Virus record (IMG/VR): IMGVR_UViG_3300047388_000109
Span: 1 to 61,194 of that record
DNA length: 61,194 nucleotides
Source: a virus
Taxonomy: Duplodnaviria; Caudoviricetes
Direction: 5' to 3' (one strand)
Positions 9,217-15,232 of the stretch are shown here, piece after piece (position 1 is the stretch's first letter; every line of letters starts with the position of its first letter). The position numbers and the translations under genes are program-made. Below the pieces are notes generated by a model. The model made no database searches and was not told the origin of the DNA. It saw only the letters and a program-made list of their open reading frames with translations.

Positions 9217-9277
9217 CACCGGGCTGTCGCTCGTCGACCGCCTGAAGGCGTGGGTGGGGAGCGTGTTGCCGAAATGA
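8936..9277 (+). CDS. Rz1: o-spanin lipoprotein (Rz1-like), +1 frame overlap
   Basis: signal peptide with lipobox LLGC, Pro-rich mature part, overlaps Rz. Confidence 0.75.
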   Translation: MHKTSWLPMLLLVALLGCSSTPSSPTSTIPALDPELATRPEPLLPFPLPASYASGKSGVPTAPTNTAKSAPVSTDSRPTSTASTPPASAPSAIDTGLSLVDRLKAWVGSVLPK

Positions 9278-9477
9278 GCCTGCTCGAAGAGTTCGATGCG
9301 ATCTTGAAGGGGCGGACCATTGCGGACCTAATCCGAGAGCGCGACGCTCCGGCGTGGCGAGCCGTGCAAAACCAGATTGACGCGGAGTTCATTCGCCTAA
9401 TGACAACGGGGGCCGAAGCCCCCGTCGTTGTTCCCTGCTGTGGTGTGCTCTCTGGTCAGCGTCCTCCTGTGGGGTAG
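9274..9477 (+). CDS. hypothetical protein
   Basis: ATGA overlap; GGGGAG RBS. Confidence 0.55.
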   Translation: MSLLEEFDAILKGRTIADLIRERDAPAWRAVQNQIDAEFIRLMTTGAEAPVVVPCCGVLSGQRPPVG

Positions 9478-9641
9478 TGGGCTTGGTAATTCCTGAGCAG
9501 CTTCGCGCCCGGCGTGCCGCGCGGCGAGCTGTCCTTGTCGTGGCGTTGTTTGGCCGCGTGCCACTCGCCGTGACCGTCGATGTATCCGTTGGTTGTGTAG
9601 ACGATGCGCTTCGACTTGCGTGCGTTCGAGCGGATGCTCAC
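9456..9641 (-). CDS. hypothetical protein
   Basis: GTGA overlap; GAGGAG RBS. Confidence 0.6.
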   Translation of the reverse strand: MSIRSNARKSKRIVYTTNGYIDGHGEWHAAKQRHDKDSSPRGTPGAKLLRNYQAHYPTGGR

Positions 9642-9910
9642 TTCGATCTCCTCTTGTTGACCTTGTCCCGCATGATAGCACGGGCTTCCGCGTACAACGC
9701 GTTCTCGTACAGAGTCGCAAGCGGAATGTGGACGGTGCGCTTCGCGCCAAGACCCAGCGGCCTCATGGCAAGCAGGTCGCCGGAAACGAACGAGCACACC
9801 AGCTGCCTACCGCGCGCCTCGTTCACGGGACCGTGGTACGGCCGGGCCGTGAGCCGCGACGTGGTCTGCGGCAGGTTGGTCTTCTTGCTGATCGAGCCGA
9901 TGACTTTCAT
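9638..9910 (-). CDS. hypothetical protein
   Basis: ATGA overlap; GGAG RBS. Confidence 0.65.
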   Translation of the reverse strand: MKVIGSISKKTNLPQTTSRLTARPYHGPVNEARGRQLVCSFVSGDLLAMRPLGLGAKRTVHIPLATLYENALYAEARAIMRDKVNKRRSK

Positions 9911-10146
9911 CTCTTCTCCGTGTGGTCCCAAAGGTTGGACGAGTAGCCGTGCCGGCCGCCGACGTTGCAGGCGTAGATCAGGCCCATCGCCTGAGCGCGC
10001 CCGGCGTTGATGACTTCGTGCTGGTTGGACGGGACGTGGAACCGGAGCCGCCCGACCACCCTCGCGTAGGCGATGGCGGCCAGCTTCTGCTCGGCGGCGA
10101 CGCCGGGCGAGGAGTGCAGGTTCGGATTGCGGAGTTGCGTGTGCAT
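9907..10146 (-). CDS. hypothetical protein
   Basis: AGGAGG RBS; first gene after a leftward promoter. Confidence 0.65.
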   Translation of the reverse strand: MHTQLRNPNLHSSPGVAAEQKLAAIAYARVVGRLRFHVPSNQHEVINAGRAQAMGLIYACNVGGRHGYSSNLWDHTEKR

Positions 10147-10205
10147 GGTGCCTCCTGAGTTAAGTGCTTGACAGCCGTGGTATACTTCTTTCACGACGCA
10201 ACGAA

Positions 10206-10252
10206 ATTGTCTCACACCCCTGGTCCGGCTGCAACACCAGCCGACGAACGGT
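10206..10252 (-). promoter_or_regulatory. leftward sigma70 promoter with upstream ACCGTTCGTCGG box
   Basis: minus strand reads ACCGTTCGTCGG-N6-TTGCAG-N17-GACAAT. Confidence 0.65.
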
Positions 10253-10279
10253 AAATCAACAAACGAATCAGAGGGTTAG

Positions 10280-10459
10280 ATGATCAAGCGCTGGGTTGGA
10301 CAAGTTGTAGTGTTCAAGGATAAGTCGGTAGGCGTGGTGCGCGAGGCCCAGATCATGGACATCGGAGGCCCAATCAACTTGCAAATCGAGTGCTCGAATG
10401 GTACGCTCTCGCTCTATCTCACCGAGACGGAGCTGTCTCTCAACCGGAGCACGAATTGA
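10280..10459 (+). CDS. hypothetical protein (59 aa, below the ORF-track cutoff)
   Basis: GAGGG RBS, ATG 10280, stop overlaps the next TTG. Confidence 0.6.
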   Translation: MIKRWVGQVVVFKDKSVGVVREAQIMDIGGPINLQIECSNGTLSLYLTETELSLNRSTN

Positions 10460-10971
10460 AGACCCTGATCCTCGTAGCGCTGGCGCTGTTTCTCGCCGCC
10501 GGCTGCAACAAGCCAGACCCGGCCGTGGTGATCCCCGACAAGACCGCCGTGTCGCCGCTGCCGTCCGGGCATAGCGACAACCGCATCGAGCTGGAGAAGA
10601 TGGGCGCGGTCAAGATGCTGCCGGCCCAGCCGACGCCGTTCGATACCGTGTTGCCAAAGCCAGAGCCTAAGCCTGTGATTGCAAAGGCAAAAGCACCGAT
10701 TAAGTTGTCAATCAAGAAGCCAACGGTTGACAATGCAGAGGCTGCGGCGACGGCCAAGGCGGCCAAGAACGCCGAGCGCATCAAGTGCCTGAACGCCGTG
10801 GTCGACTACAAGATCGACCGCGACATCGAGGCCGGAGAGATTCGCGACTGGGGGAACGCCATTACGGCGAAGACCTGCCGGCCGTACATGACACAAGCGA
10901 CGCCGGGCACCCTCGTGGGCATCCGGGCGTTCGGCGGCCCCGGTGTGGGGCTGCTGTTGACGAACATCTGA
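10456..10971 (+). CDS. lipoprotein
   Basis: MKTLILVALALFLAAGC signal peptide with lipobox. Confidence 0.7.
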   Translation: MKTLILVALALFLAAGCNKPDPAVVIPDKTAVSPLPSGHSDNRIELEKMGAVKMLPAQPTPFDTVLPKPEPKPVIAKAKAPIKLSIKKPTVDNAEAAATAKAAKNAERIKCLNAVVDYKIDRDIEAGEIRDWGNAITAKTCRPYMTQATPGTLVGIRAFGGPGVGLLLTNI

Positions 10972-10975
10972 TCAC

Positions 10976-11060
10976 GGTTCAGTAAACCACTATGGAGCTG
11001 GTTCGGCCTGTAAAGCCGACGTCTCTGACTCGCAGAGTTCGATTCTCTGCTGGACCACCA
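10976..11060 (+). tRNA. tRNA-Tyr(GTA)
   Basis: GGTTCAG/CTGGACC acceptor, TCGGC-CTGTAAA-GCCGA, TTCGA T-loop, CCA. Confidence 0.85.
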
Positions 11061-11065
11061 TCAAC

Positions 11066-11118
11066 GGGGGCGCAACGTCGCTCCCTCCTCCCGACGTGAC
11101 CGCAAGGTCTGCGTCCCC
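11066..11118 (+). ncRNA. three-way-junction RNA exposing CCUCCUCC
   Basis: GGGGCGCA/TGCGTCCC, ACGTCG/CGACGT and GACC-GCAA-GGTC stems. Confidence 0.4.
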
Positions 11119-11166
11119 ACCCAACATTTCCGCTACCTGCATTGGCGTGGACGGAGAGAGGGAAGT

Positions 11167-11571
11167 ATGGCAGTGACCTTGAAGAACGGCGACCGCCTGA
11201 AGCTGGAGCGGTGCGGCCCGATCCCCGAGGCGCGGTTCAACGGGGGCTTCAAGCTGACCCGGGGCCGCTCGAAGGACGGCAAGTTCAAGTCGACCTACTG
11301 CTACATCGACACGCGCGAGCTGCGCGCCTCGAAGGGCAAGGAGCAGTGGACCCCGTTGGCGGTCTTCCGCTGGTACAAGGGGGTCTTGCAGAGCATGCTG
11401 GACTTCGGTGTGACGCATGGCTGGAAGAAGTTCGCCGAGCAGCGCGAGGGCGTGCCTGTGTCAGAAAAACCACAGGAGCCTGCGGTGCGCGGTCAAAAAC
11501 GCTTGACAGGTTCCAAGAAGGAGAGCAGAATCGCTCCCTTGCAGTTGAGCCACAGCACGGATGCCGCGTAA
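11167..11571 (+). CDS. hypothetical basic protein
   Basis: GGAGAGAGGG RBS; phage-like codon usage. Confidence 0.65.
   Translation: MAVTLKNGDRLKLERCGPIPEARFNGGFKLTRGRSKDGKFKSTYCYIDTRELRASKGKEQWTPLAVFRWYKGVLQSMLDFGVTHGWKKFAEQREGVPVSEKPQEPAVRGQKRLTGSKKESRIAPLQLSHSTDAA
11503..11538 (+). promoter_or_regulatory. rrn-like sigma70 promoter of the tRNA operon
   Basis: TTGACA-N17-CAGAAT, GC-rich discriminator CGCTCCC, upstream A-tract. Confidence 0.7.
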
Positions 11572-11591
11572 GCCAAAGGGAAAAGTGCTAT

Positions 11592-11646
11592 GCACCGGAG
11601 CCCAACCGGTGTCGCGGACGCAGAGCGGTGGCATGTTCTTTTAACA
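11592..11646 (+). promoter_or_regulatory. boxB-like hairpin plus boxA-like antitermination element
   Basis: GCACCGG/CCGGTGT hairpin, then TGTTCTTTTAACA (rrn boxA is TGCTCTTTAACA). Confidence 0.5.
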
Positions 11647-11724
11647 ATTCGGGCATCATCGAAGCGTCTTCCTGCACGGCGCGCCGGGCCGGGGTGGGCG
11701 GATGCTTCGATGATGTCAGAACAT

Positions 11725-11800
11725 GGGGTTGTAGCTCAATTGGGAGAGCACCTGCCTTGCAAGCAGACGGTTGTCGGTTCGATGCCGACCTTCTCCACCA
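11725..11800 (+). tRNA. tRNA-Ala(TGC)
   Basis: canonical cloverleaf, CCA. Confidence 0.92.
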
Positions 11801-11809
11801 GTATTGTAT

Positions 11810-11894
11810 TGCGGGTTAGCGAGTAGTGGTACCTCAGGAGGCTCATAACCTCCCGCGAACGCCGACGCAGGTTCGATTCCTGCACCCGCAACCA
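11810..11894 (+). tRNA. tRNA with CAT anticodon (Met/fMet-like), enlarged variable region
   Basis: TGCGGGT/ACCCGCA, GGAGG-CTCATAA-CCTCC, CCA. Confidence 0.85.
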
Positions 11895-12008
11895 GAGCAA
11901 GGCCCCGGATAGCTCCGGGGTAGCCGGGTAGCTACCGGACGCGCCCCTTGGAGGGGCACTGGGCCAAAGTGGAACTGGGTTTTGCGACCCCCACAGGCCA
12001 AGTACACA

Positions 12009-12100
12009 GGAAGGTCCACCCGAGGGTTGGCGACGGGCGCTGTCTCGAAAACAGTTGGGCTTCGATGCCGTGGGAGTTCGATCCTACCCACCTTCCGCCA
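12009..12100 (+). tRNA. tRNA-Ser(CGA)
   Basis: long V arm, G discriminator, CCA. Confidence 0.85.
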
Positions 12101-12105
12101 GTTAT

Positions 12106-12182
12106 TGTCGTCAAGCACATACGGCATGTGCAATGGCTTGATAAGCCATCGGCAGGAGGTTCGAATCCTCTGGCGACAACCA
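12106..12182 (+). tRNA. tRNA-Ile(GAT)
   Basis: ATGGC-TTGATAA-GCCAT, CCA. Confidence 0.85.
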
Positions 12183-12247
12183 GTACACACGAAGAGCCGG
12201 TCGACCGGCACGGGGCGGACTGATCATCCGCTCCGTTTACTTACAAC

Positions 12248-12323
12248 GGGCCCGCATGTTCCGTAGCGGCGACAGCGCCTCCAAAGCGTGGTGTGGGGAG
12301 TGCAACTCTCTCCGGGCTTGCCA
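12248..12323 (+). tRNA. tRNA-Trp(CCA)
   Basis: CTCCAAA loop, GGGCCCG/CGGGCTT, atypical T-loop TGCAACT. Confidence 0.75.
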
Positions 12324-12389
12324 GTACAATGTGGGGCGGCTCGCAAGAGCAGCGCGGGGTTGTGAGACTCTACGCCCCGCGCCTTATTC

Positions 12390-12465
12390 GTCTCGTGATG
12401 CAAATGGTACAGCATCCAGTCCTTCAAACTGGCGTACGTGGGTTCGATTCCCCGACGGGACACCA
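12390..12465 (+). tRNA. tRNA-Glu(TTC)
   Basis: CCAGT-CCTTCAA-ACTGG (C33), CCA. Confidence 0.8.
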
Positions 12466-12470
12466 ACAAC

Positions 12471-12546
12471 GCCTCCGTGGTATACCGGAAGTGCGGCGGT
12501 CCTCTAAACCGTATCGAAGCGGGTTCGATTCCTGCCGGAGGTTCCA
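12471..12546 (+). tRNA. tRNA-Arg(TCT)
   Basis: GCGGT-CCTCTAA-ACCGT (C33), A20, CCA. Confidence 0.8.
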
Positions 12547-12585
12547 CACATGAACGCGTACACACGACAGCGGTTCCACCTCAGA

Positions 12586-12660
12586 TGGGGCGGAGCCAGA
12601 TGGGACGGCAGGGGCCTTTGAAGCCTCTATGACTCGGTCCGATTCCGAGCGCCCCTTCCA
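12586..12660 (+). tRNA. tRNA-Gln(TTG)
   Basis: GGGGC-CTTTGAA-GCCTC, CCA. Confidence 0.85.
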
Positions 12661-12664
12661 CAAC

Positions 12665-12739
12665 ATCGCCGTAGCCTAGCGGATAGGCCCCGCCCTCCGA
12701 AGGCGGCTGACGCTGGTTCGATTCCAGTCGGCGGTTCCA
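12665..12739 (+). tRNA. tRNA-Arg(CCG)
   Basis: CCGCC-CTCCGAA-GGCGG, CCA. Confidence 0.88.
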
Positions 12740-12744
12740 ACAAC

Positions 12745-12821
12745 GGGCCCTTCGTTCAACGGAACAAGGACAGCACGCTACGAACGTGCAAATCGGGGTT
12801 CGATTCCCTGAGGGCCTTCCA
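12745..12821 (+). tRNA. tRNA-Arg(ACG)
   Basis: GCACG-CTACGAA-CGTGC, CCA. Confidence 0.88.
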
Positions 12822-12824
12822 AAT

Positions 12825-12901
12825 TGCTCTGTGGCCGAAGGGTAGATGGCAGCGGACTTTTAATCCGATTGGCGTAGGTTCGAGTCCTACCAGAGCAACC
12901 A
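12825..12901 (+). tRNA. tRNA-Lys(TTT)
   Basis: CGGA-CTTTTAA-TCCG, CCA. Confidence 0.88.
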
Positions 12902-12906
12902 GATTC

Positions 12907-12983
12907 GCCTTTGATCCGTTCTAGGGAACGGCCCCGCCTTGTAAGCGGGTGACGGCAGGTTCGAATCCATGCCAGAGGCTCCA
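12907..12983 (+). tRNA. tRNA-Thr(TGT)
   Basis: CCCGC-CTTGTAA-GCGGG, CCA. Confidence 0.85.
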
Positions 12984-12991
12984 GTTTCAAA

Positions 12992-13066
12992 GCGGGTGTG
13001 GTCTAGTGGCTGGGCGTCAGCCTTCCAAGCTGTTCCACGCAGGTTCGACTCCTGTCACCCGCTCCA
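12992..13066 (+). tRNA. tRNA-Gly(TCC)
   Basis: GCGGG start, CTTCCAA loop, TCCA end. Confidence 0.92.
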
Positions 13067-13071
13067 ACAAC

Positions 13072-13145
13072 GCACTGATGGCAGAGAGGCCATGCACCCG
13101 CCTGCAAAGCGGTCGACGTCGGCTCGAATCCGGCTCAGTGCTCCA
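13072..13145 (+). tRNA. tRNA-Cys(GCA)
   Basis: CTGCAAA loop, U discriminator, CCA. Confidence 0.88.
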
Positions 13146-13207
13146 AGTAAGGCGGCAGACGGGTTCGACTCCCGTACTCATTAGTGTAACGGACGCACTC
13201 CGCCGCT
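13146..13207 (+). ncRNA. circularly permuted mini tRNA-like RNA (YrlA-module-like)
   Basis: T arm precedes D arm; closed by GGCGG/CCGCC; no anticodon loop or CCA. Confidence 0.6.
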
Positions 13208-13214
13208 CTTCAAT

Positions 13215-13299
13215 GGTGTGCATAGTGTACTGGCGCGCAAGCTGTGCATCTCGCCCTGTGAAGGCGAGGGTGTGGGTTCGATCCCCACTGTACACCCCA
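13215..13299 (+). tRNA. tRNA-His(GTG) with enlarged D loop
   Basis: G-1:C73, TCGCC-CTGTGAA-GGCGA, CCA. Confidence 0.88.
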
Positions 13300-13454
13300 A
13301 GCTGTACCTGAACGCCAGATGCCGGGCGGGGACCACAACTCGCGCGCCGGCTGTGTGGTGCGGGCAGGGAAAGTCGGCAGCACGAAGTCTCGTGTGCAAG
13401 CTGCGCGCCTCGTGCGTGCAAGGCAGTCACGCAGTGTGCTGCTGCATGAACATT

Positions 13455-13530
13455 GCATCTCCAGCTGACCAAGTGACAGCGGCGGTCTGAAAAACCGCAG
13501 AGCGTGGCGCGATACCACGGTGATGCACCA
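13455..13530 (+). tRNA. tRNA-Phe(GAA)
   Basis: GCGGT-CTGAAAA-ACCGC; atypical T loop CGCGATA; CCA. Confidence 0.8.
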
Positions 13531-13534
13531 GACA

Positions 13535-13622
13535 GGTAGGTTGGCAGAGAGGCCGATTGCAGCGCTTTGCTAAAGCGCCAACCGTAACAGGTTCAGTGGT
13601 TCGACTCCACTACCTACCGCCA
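13535..13622 (+). tRNA. tRNA-Ser(GCT)
   Basis: GCGCT-TTGCTAA-AGCGC, V arm, GCCA. Confidence 0.9.
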
Positions 13623-13682
13623 GCTCCACTACCCAAGGCCACCCGAAAAGATGGTGTGGATCAAGAGCCTTGGAAGATCAAT

Positions 13683-13759
13683 TCCGAGTGAGCAGCCAAG
13701 GTGTTTGCATCTGACTGTTAATCAGACCTCGCGTGGTTCGATCCCACGACTCGGAGCCA
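13683..13759 (+). tRNA. tRNA-Asn(GTT)
   Basis: TCTGA-CTGTTAA-TCAGA, GCCA. Confidence 0.9.
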
Positions 13760-13831
13760 GCATCAACGTCCGGTGTGAATCGCGAGCGACGCGCGCAGAT
13801 GCTCGTGGTCGGCTCCTCCGGGCACCTACGC

Positions 13832-13906
13832 AGTCCCTTAGCTCAGAGGCAGAGCGGTCTCCTTACAAGTGACGGGTCGGGGTTTCGAAATCCTCAGGGA
13901 CTACCA
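13832..13906 (+). tRNA. tRNA-Val(TAC)
   Basis: CTTACAA loop, AGTCCCT/AGGGACT, CCA. Confidence 0.88.
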
Positions 13907-13912
13907 ATCAGC

Positions 13913-14006
13913 TGTCCGTAGCACTGGGTGCGGGCCGGCCTTATACACCGGCGAGAGCGGGCGGACGGCCTGCGACGGCACGGATCGTTACCGTGGCGGA
14001 CTACCA
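13913..14006 (+). tRNA. atypical tRNA-Ile(TAT) with long variable arm
   Basis: GCCGG-C-CTTATAC-A-CCGGC, GCGGGC/GCCTGC V stem, CACGG/CCGTG T stem, CCA. Confidence 0.65.
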
Positions 14007-14011
14007 ACAAC

Positions 14012-14085
14012 GGGTTCATAGCAAAGTGCCTATGCCCTCGGCTCTTACCCGAGTGACCTTGGTTAAAATCCAAGTGAACCCACCA
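14012..14085 (+). tRNA. tRNA-Lys(CTT)
   Basis: CTCGG-CTCTTAC-CCGAG; T loop TTAAAAT; CCA. Confidence 0.82.
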
Positions 14086-14131
14086 ACAGAAGGCTCTAAT
14101 GGCCTGTGCCATCGCACCAGAACAAAACATC

Positions 14132-14207
14132 GCGGCATTAGCTCAATCGGAAGAGCGGCGGACTGTCTATCCGCAGGCAACCGGATCGAAACCGGTATGT
14201 CGCGCCA
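14132..14207 (+). tRNA. tRNA-Asp(GTC)
   Basis: GCGGA-CTGTCTA-TCCGC, GCCA. Confidence 0.88.
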
Positions 14208-14215
14208 AGATCAAT

Positions 14216-14293
14216 CAGGGATTAGCTCAGCCCGGCCAGAGTATTCGCTTTGGAAGCGAAAAGCCGAAGGTTCAAATCCTTCATCCCTGACCA
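14216..14293 (+). tRNA. tRNA-Pro(TGG)
   Basis: TTCGC-TTTGGAA-GCGAA, TTCAAAT T loop, CCA. Confidence 0.9.
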
Positions 14294-14298
14294 TCAAT

Positions 14299-14382
14299 GC
14301 CCCATTGGTGAAATGGCAGACACACTGCGCTTAGAACGCAGCGCCTTACGGCATCGCGGTTCGAGTCCGTGATGGGGTACCA
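14299..14382 (+). tRNA. tRNA-Leu(TAG)
   Basis: CTGCG-CTTAGAA-CGCAG, V arm, CCA. Confidence 0.9.
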
Positions 14383-14411
14383 AACGCAGGATAAAAAAGG
14401 GAATTATATAC

Positions 14412-14440
14412 TTGACTCCAGAGCCGTTTTGAGGGATAAT
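14412..14440 (+). promoter_or_regulatory. sigma70 promoter with -35 inside the left TIR
   Basis: TTGACT-N17-GATAAT. Confidence 0.7.
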
Positions 14441-14468
14441 CTCTACTCATAAACGGAGTCCATTGACC

Positions 14469-14564
14469 ATGAACGTAGTTCTCGCCTACCGTCCGAAGCC
14501 AAAGACGAAGCCCGCGAAGAAACGCCAGCGGGCGCGCAAGAAATTACAGAAGAATGAAGCCTGA
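14469..14564 (+). CDS. small basic peptide (MNVVLAYRPKPKTKPAKK...)
   Basis: 31-aa ORF after GGAG; overlaps the mom start. Confidence 0.45.
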   Translation: MNVVLAYRPKPKTKPAKKRQRARKKLQKNEA

Positions 14565-15120
14565 CTGCCCCACCTTCGATAAATCCTGGCGCGCAGCGTG
14601 TCAGGTTGTTGCCGTAGAACGCGGCGACGTGGACGGCATGATCCGGCGACACTACATCGGGAAATGGCCCGGCGTGTGCGTCTTGATTCTGGCGATGAAG
14701 CGCGCTGATAGCTTCCTCGGCGTGATCGTGTTTGCTCTCCCGCCGCGCGAAACGTCCAAGCGATACGGCGCCAAAACTTGGGAGCTTGCCCGCCTTTGGC
14801 TTGACGACTCCGTGCCGCAGAATGCAGAAACGTGGCTTATTGGTCGCGCCGTCCGCTACATTCGACAGCATCATAAAGCGGTGCAGGCTCTCGTTTCCTA
14901 CGCCGATCCTTCGGCCGGCCATGCGGGCACGATCTACAAGGCGGCGAACTGGATAGCCGACGGGCGCACGGACGAAGGCCGCAAGACGCCGCGATGCGAC
15001 TATGCCGACGCGGTGACTGGCAAGCGTTACAGTCGGCGCGGGCACGTCCCGGACGGCGCAACAATCAAGCGGATTCCTCGGGTATCGAAGCATCGGTTTA
15101 TCTACCGTCTTGCCGCTTGA
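14554..15120 (+). CDS. mom: Mom-family adenine modification enzyme (GNAT fold)
   Basis: RRHY, WELARLWL, NAETWLIG, VSYADP..GHAGTIYKAANW, KHRFIY. Confidence 0.85.
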   Translation: MKPDCPTFDKSWRAACQVVAVERGDVDGMIRRHYIGKWPGVCVLILAMKRADSFLGVIVFALPPRETSKRYGAKTWELARLWLDDSVPQNAETWLIGRAVRYIRQHHKAVQALVSYADPSAGHAGTIYKAANWIADGRTDEGRKTPRCDYADAVTGKRYSRRGHVPDGATIKRIPRVSKHRFIYRLAA

Positions 15121-15154
15121 AATGGCAAAATGGAATCATGTATATAATTCCCAT

Positions 15155-15192
15155 AAAAAAAGGGCGACTCCGTTTCCGGGGCCGCCCTTTTT
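15155..15192. terminator. bidirectional intrinsic terminator
   Basis: A-tract + GGGCGACTCCG/CGGGGCCGCCC stem + T-tract between convergent units. Confidence 0.8.
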
Positions 15193-15232
15193 GCATTGCA
15201 CGTCCGCTACCGTAGCGCCACGAGGTTCGCGC

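Larger units (their letters stand above)
14399..15152. mobile_element. non-autonomous IS1595-like insertion cassette carrying a mom-like gene
   Basis: TIRs 14399-14420 and 15131-15152 (20/22 identical); 8-bp TSD ATAAAAAA at 14391-14398 and 15153-15160; no transposase inside. Confidence 0.8.

Noticed and set aside
10168-10186. Perfect TTGACA and TATACT hexamers
   Set aside because: They are only 7 bp apart, which is not a valid sigma70 spacing.
12390-12546. Opal (TCA) and amber (CTA) suppressor readings of two tRNAs (CTTCAAA, CTCTAAA)
   Set aside because: The 5-bp anticodon stems centre TTC and TCT. Genes in the window end normally at TGA and TAG, with no sign of recoding.
11590-14334. Track ORFs across the tRNA array
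   Set aside because: The region is explained by tRNA genes and structured spacers.
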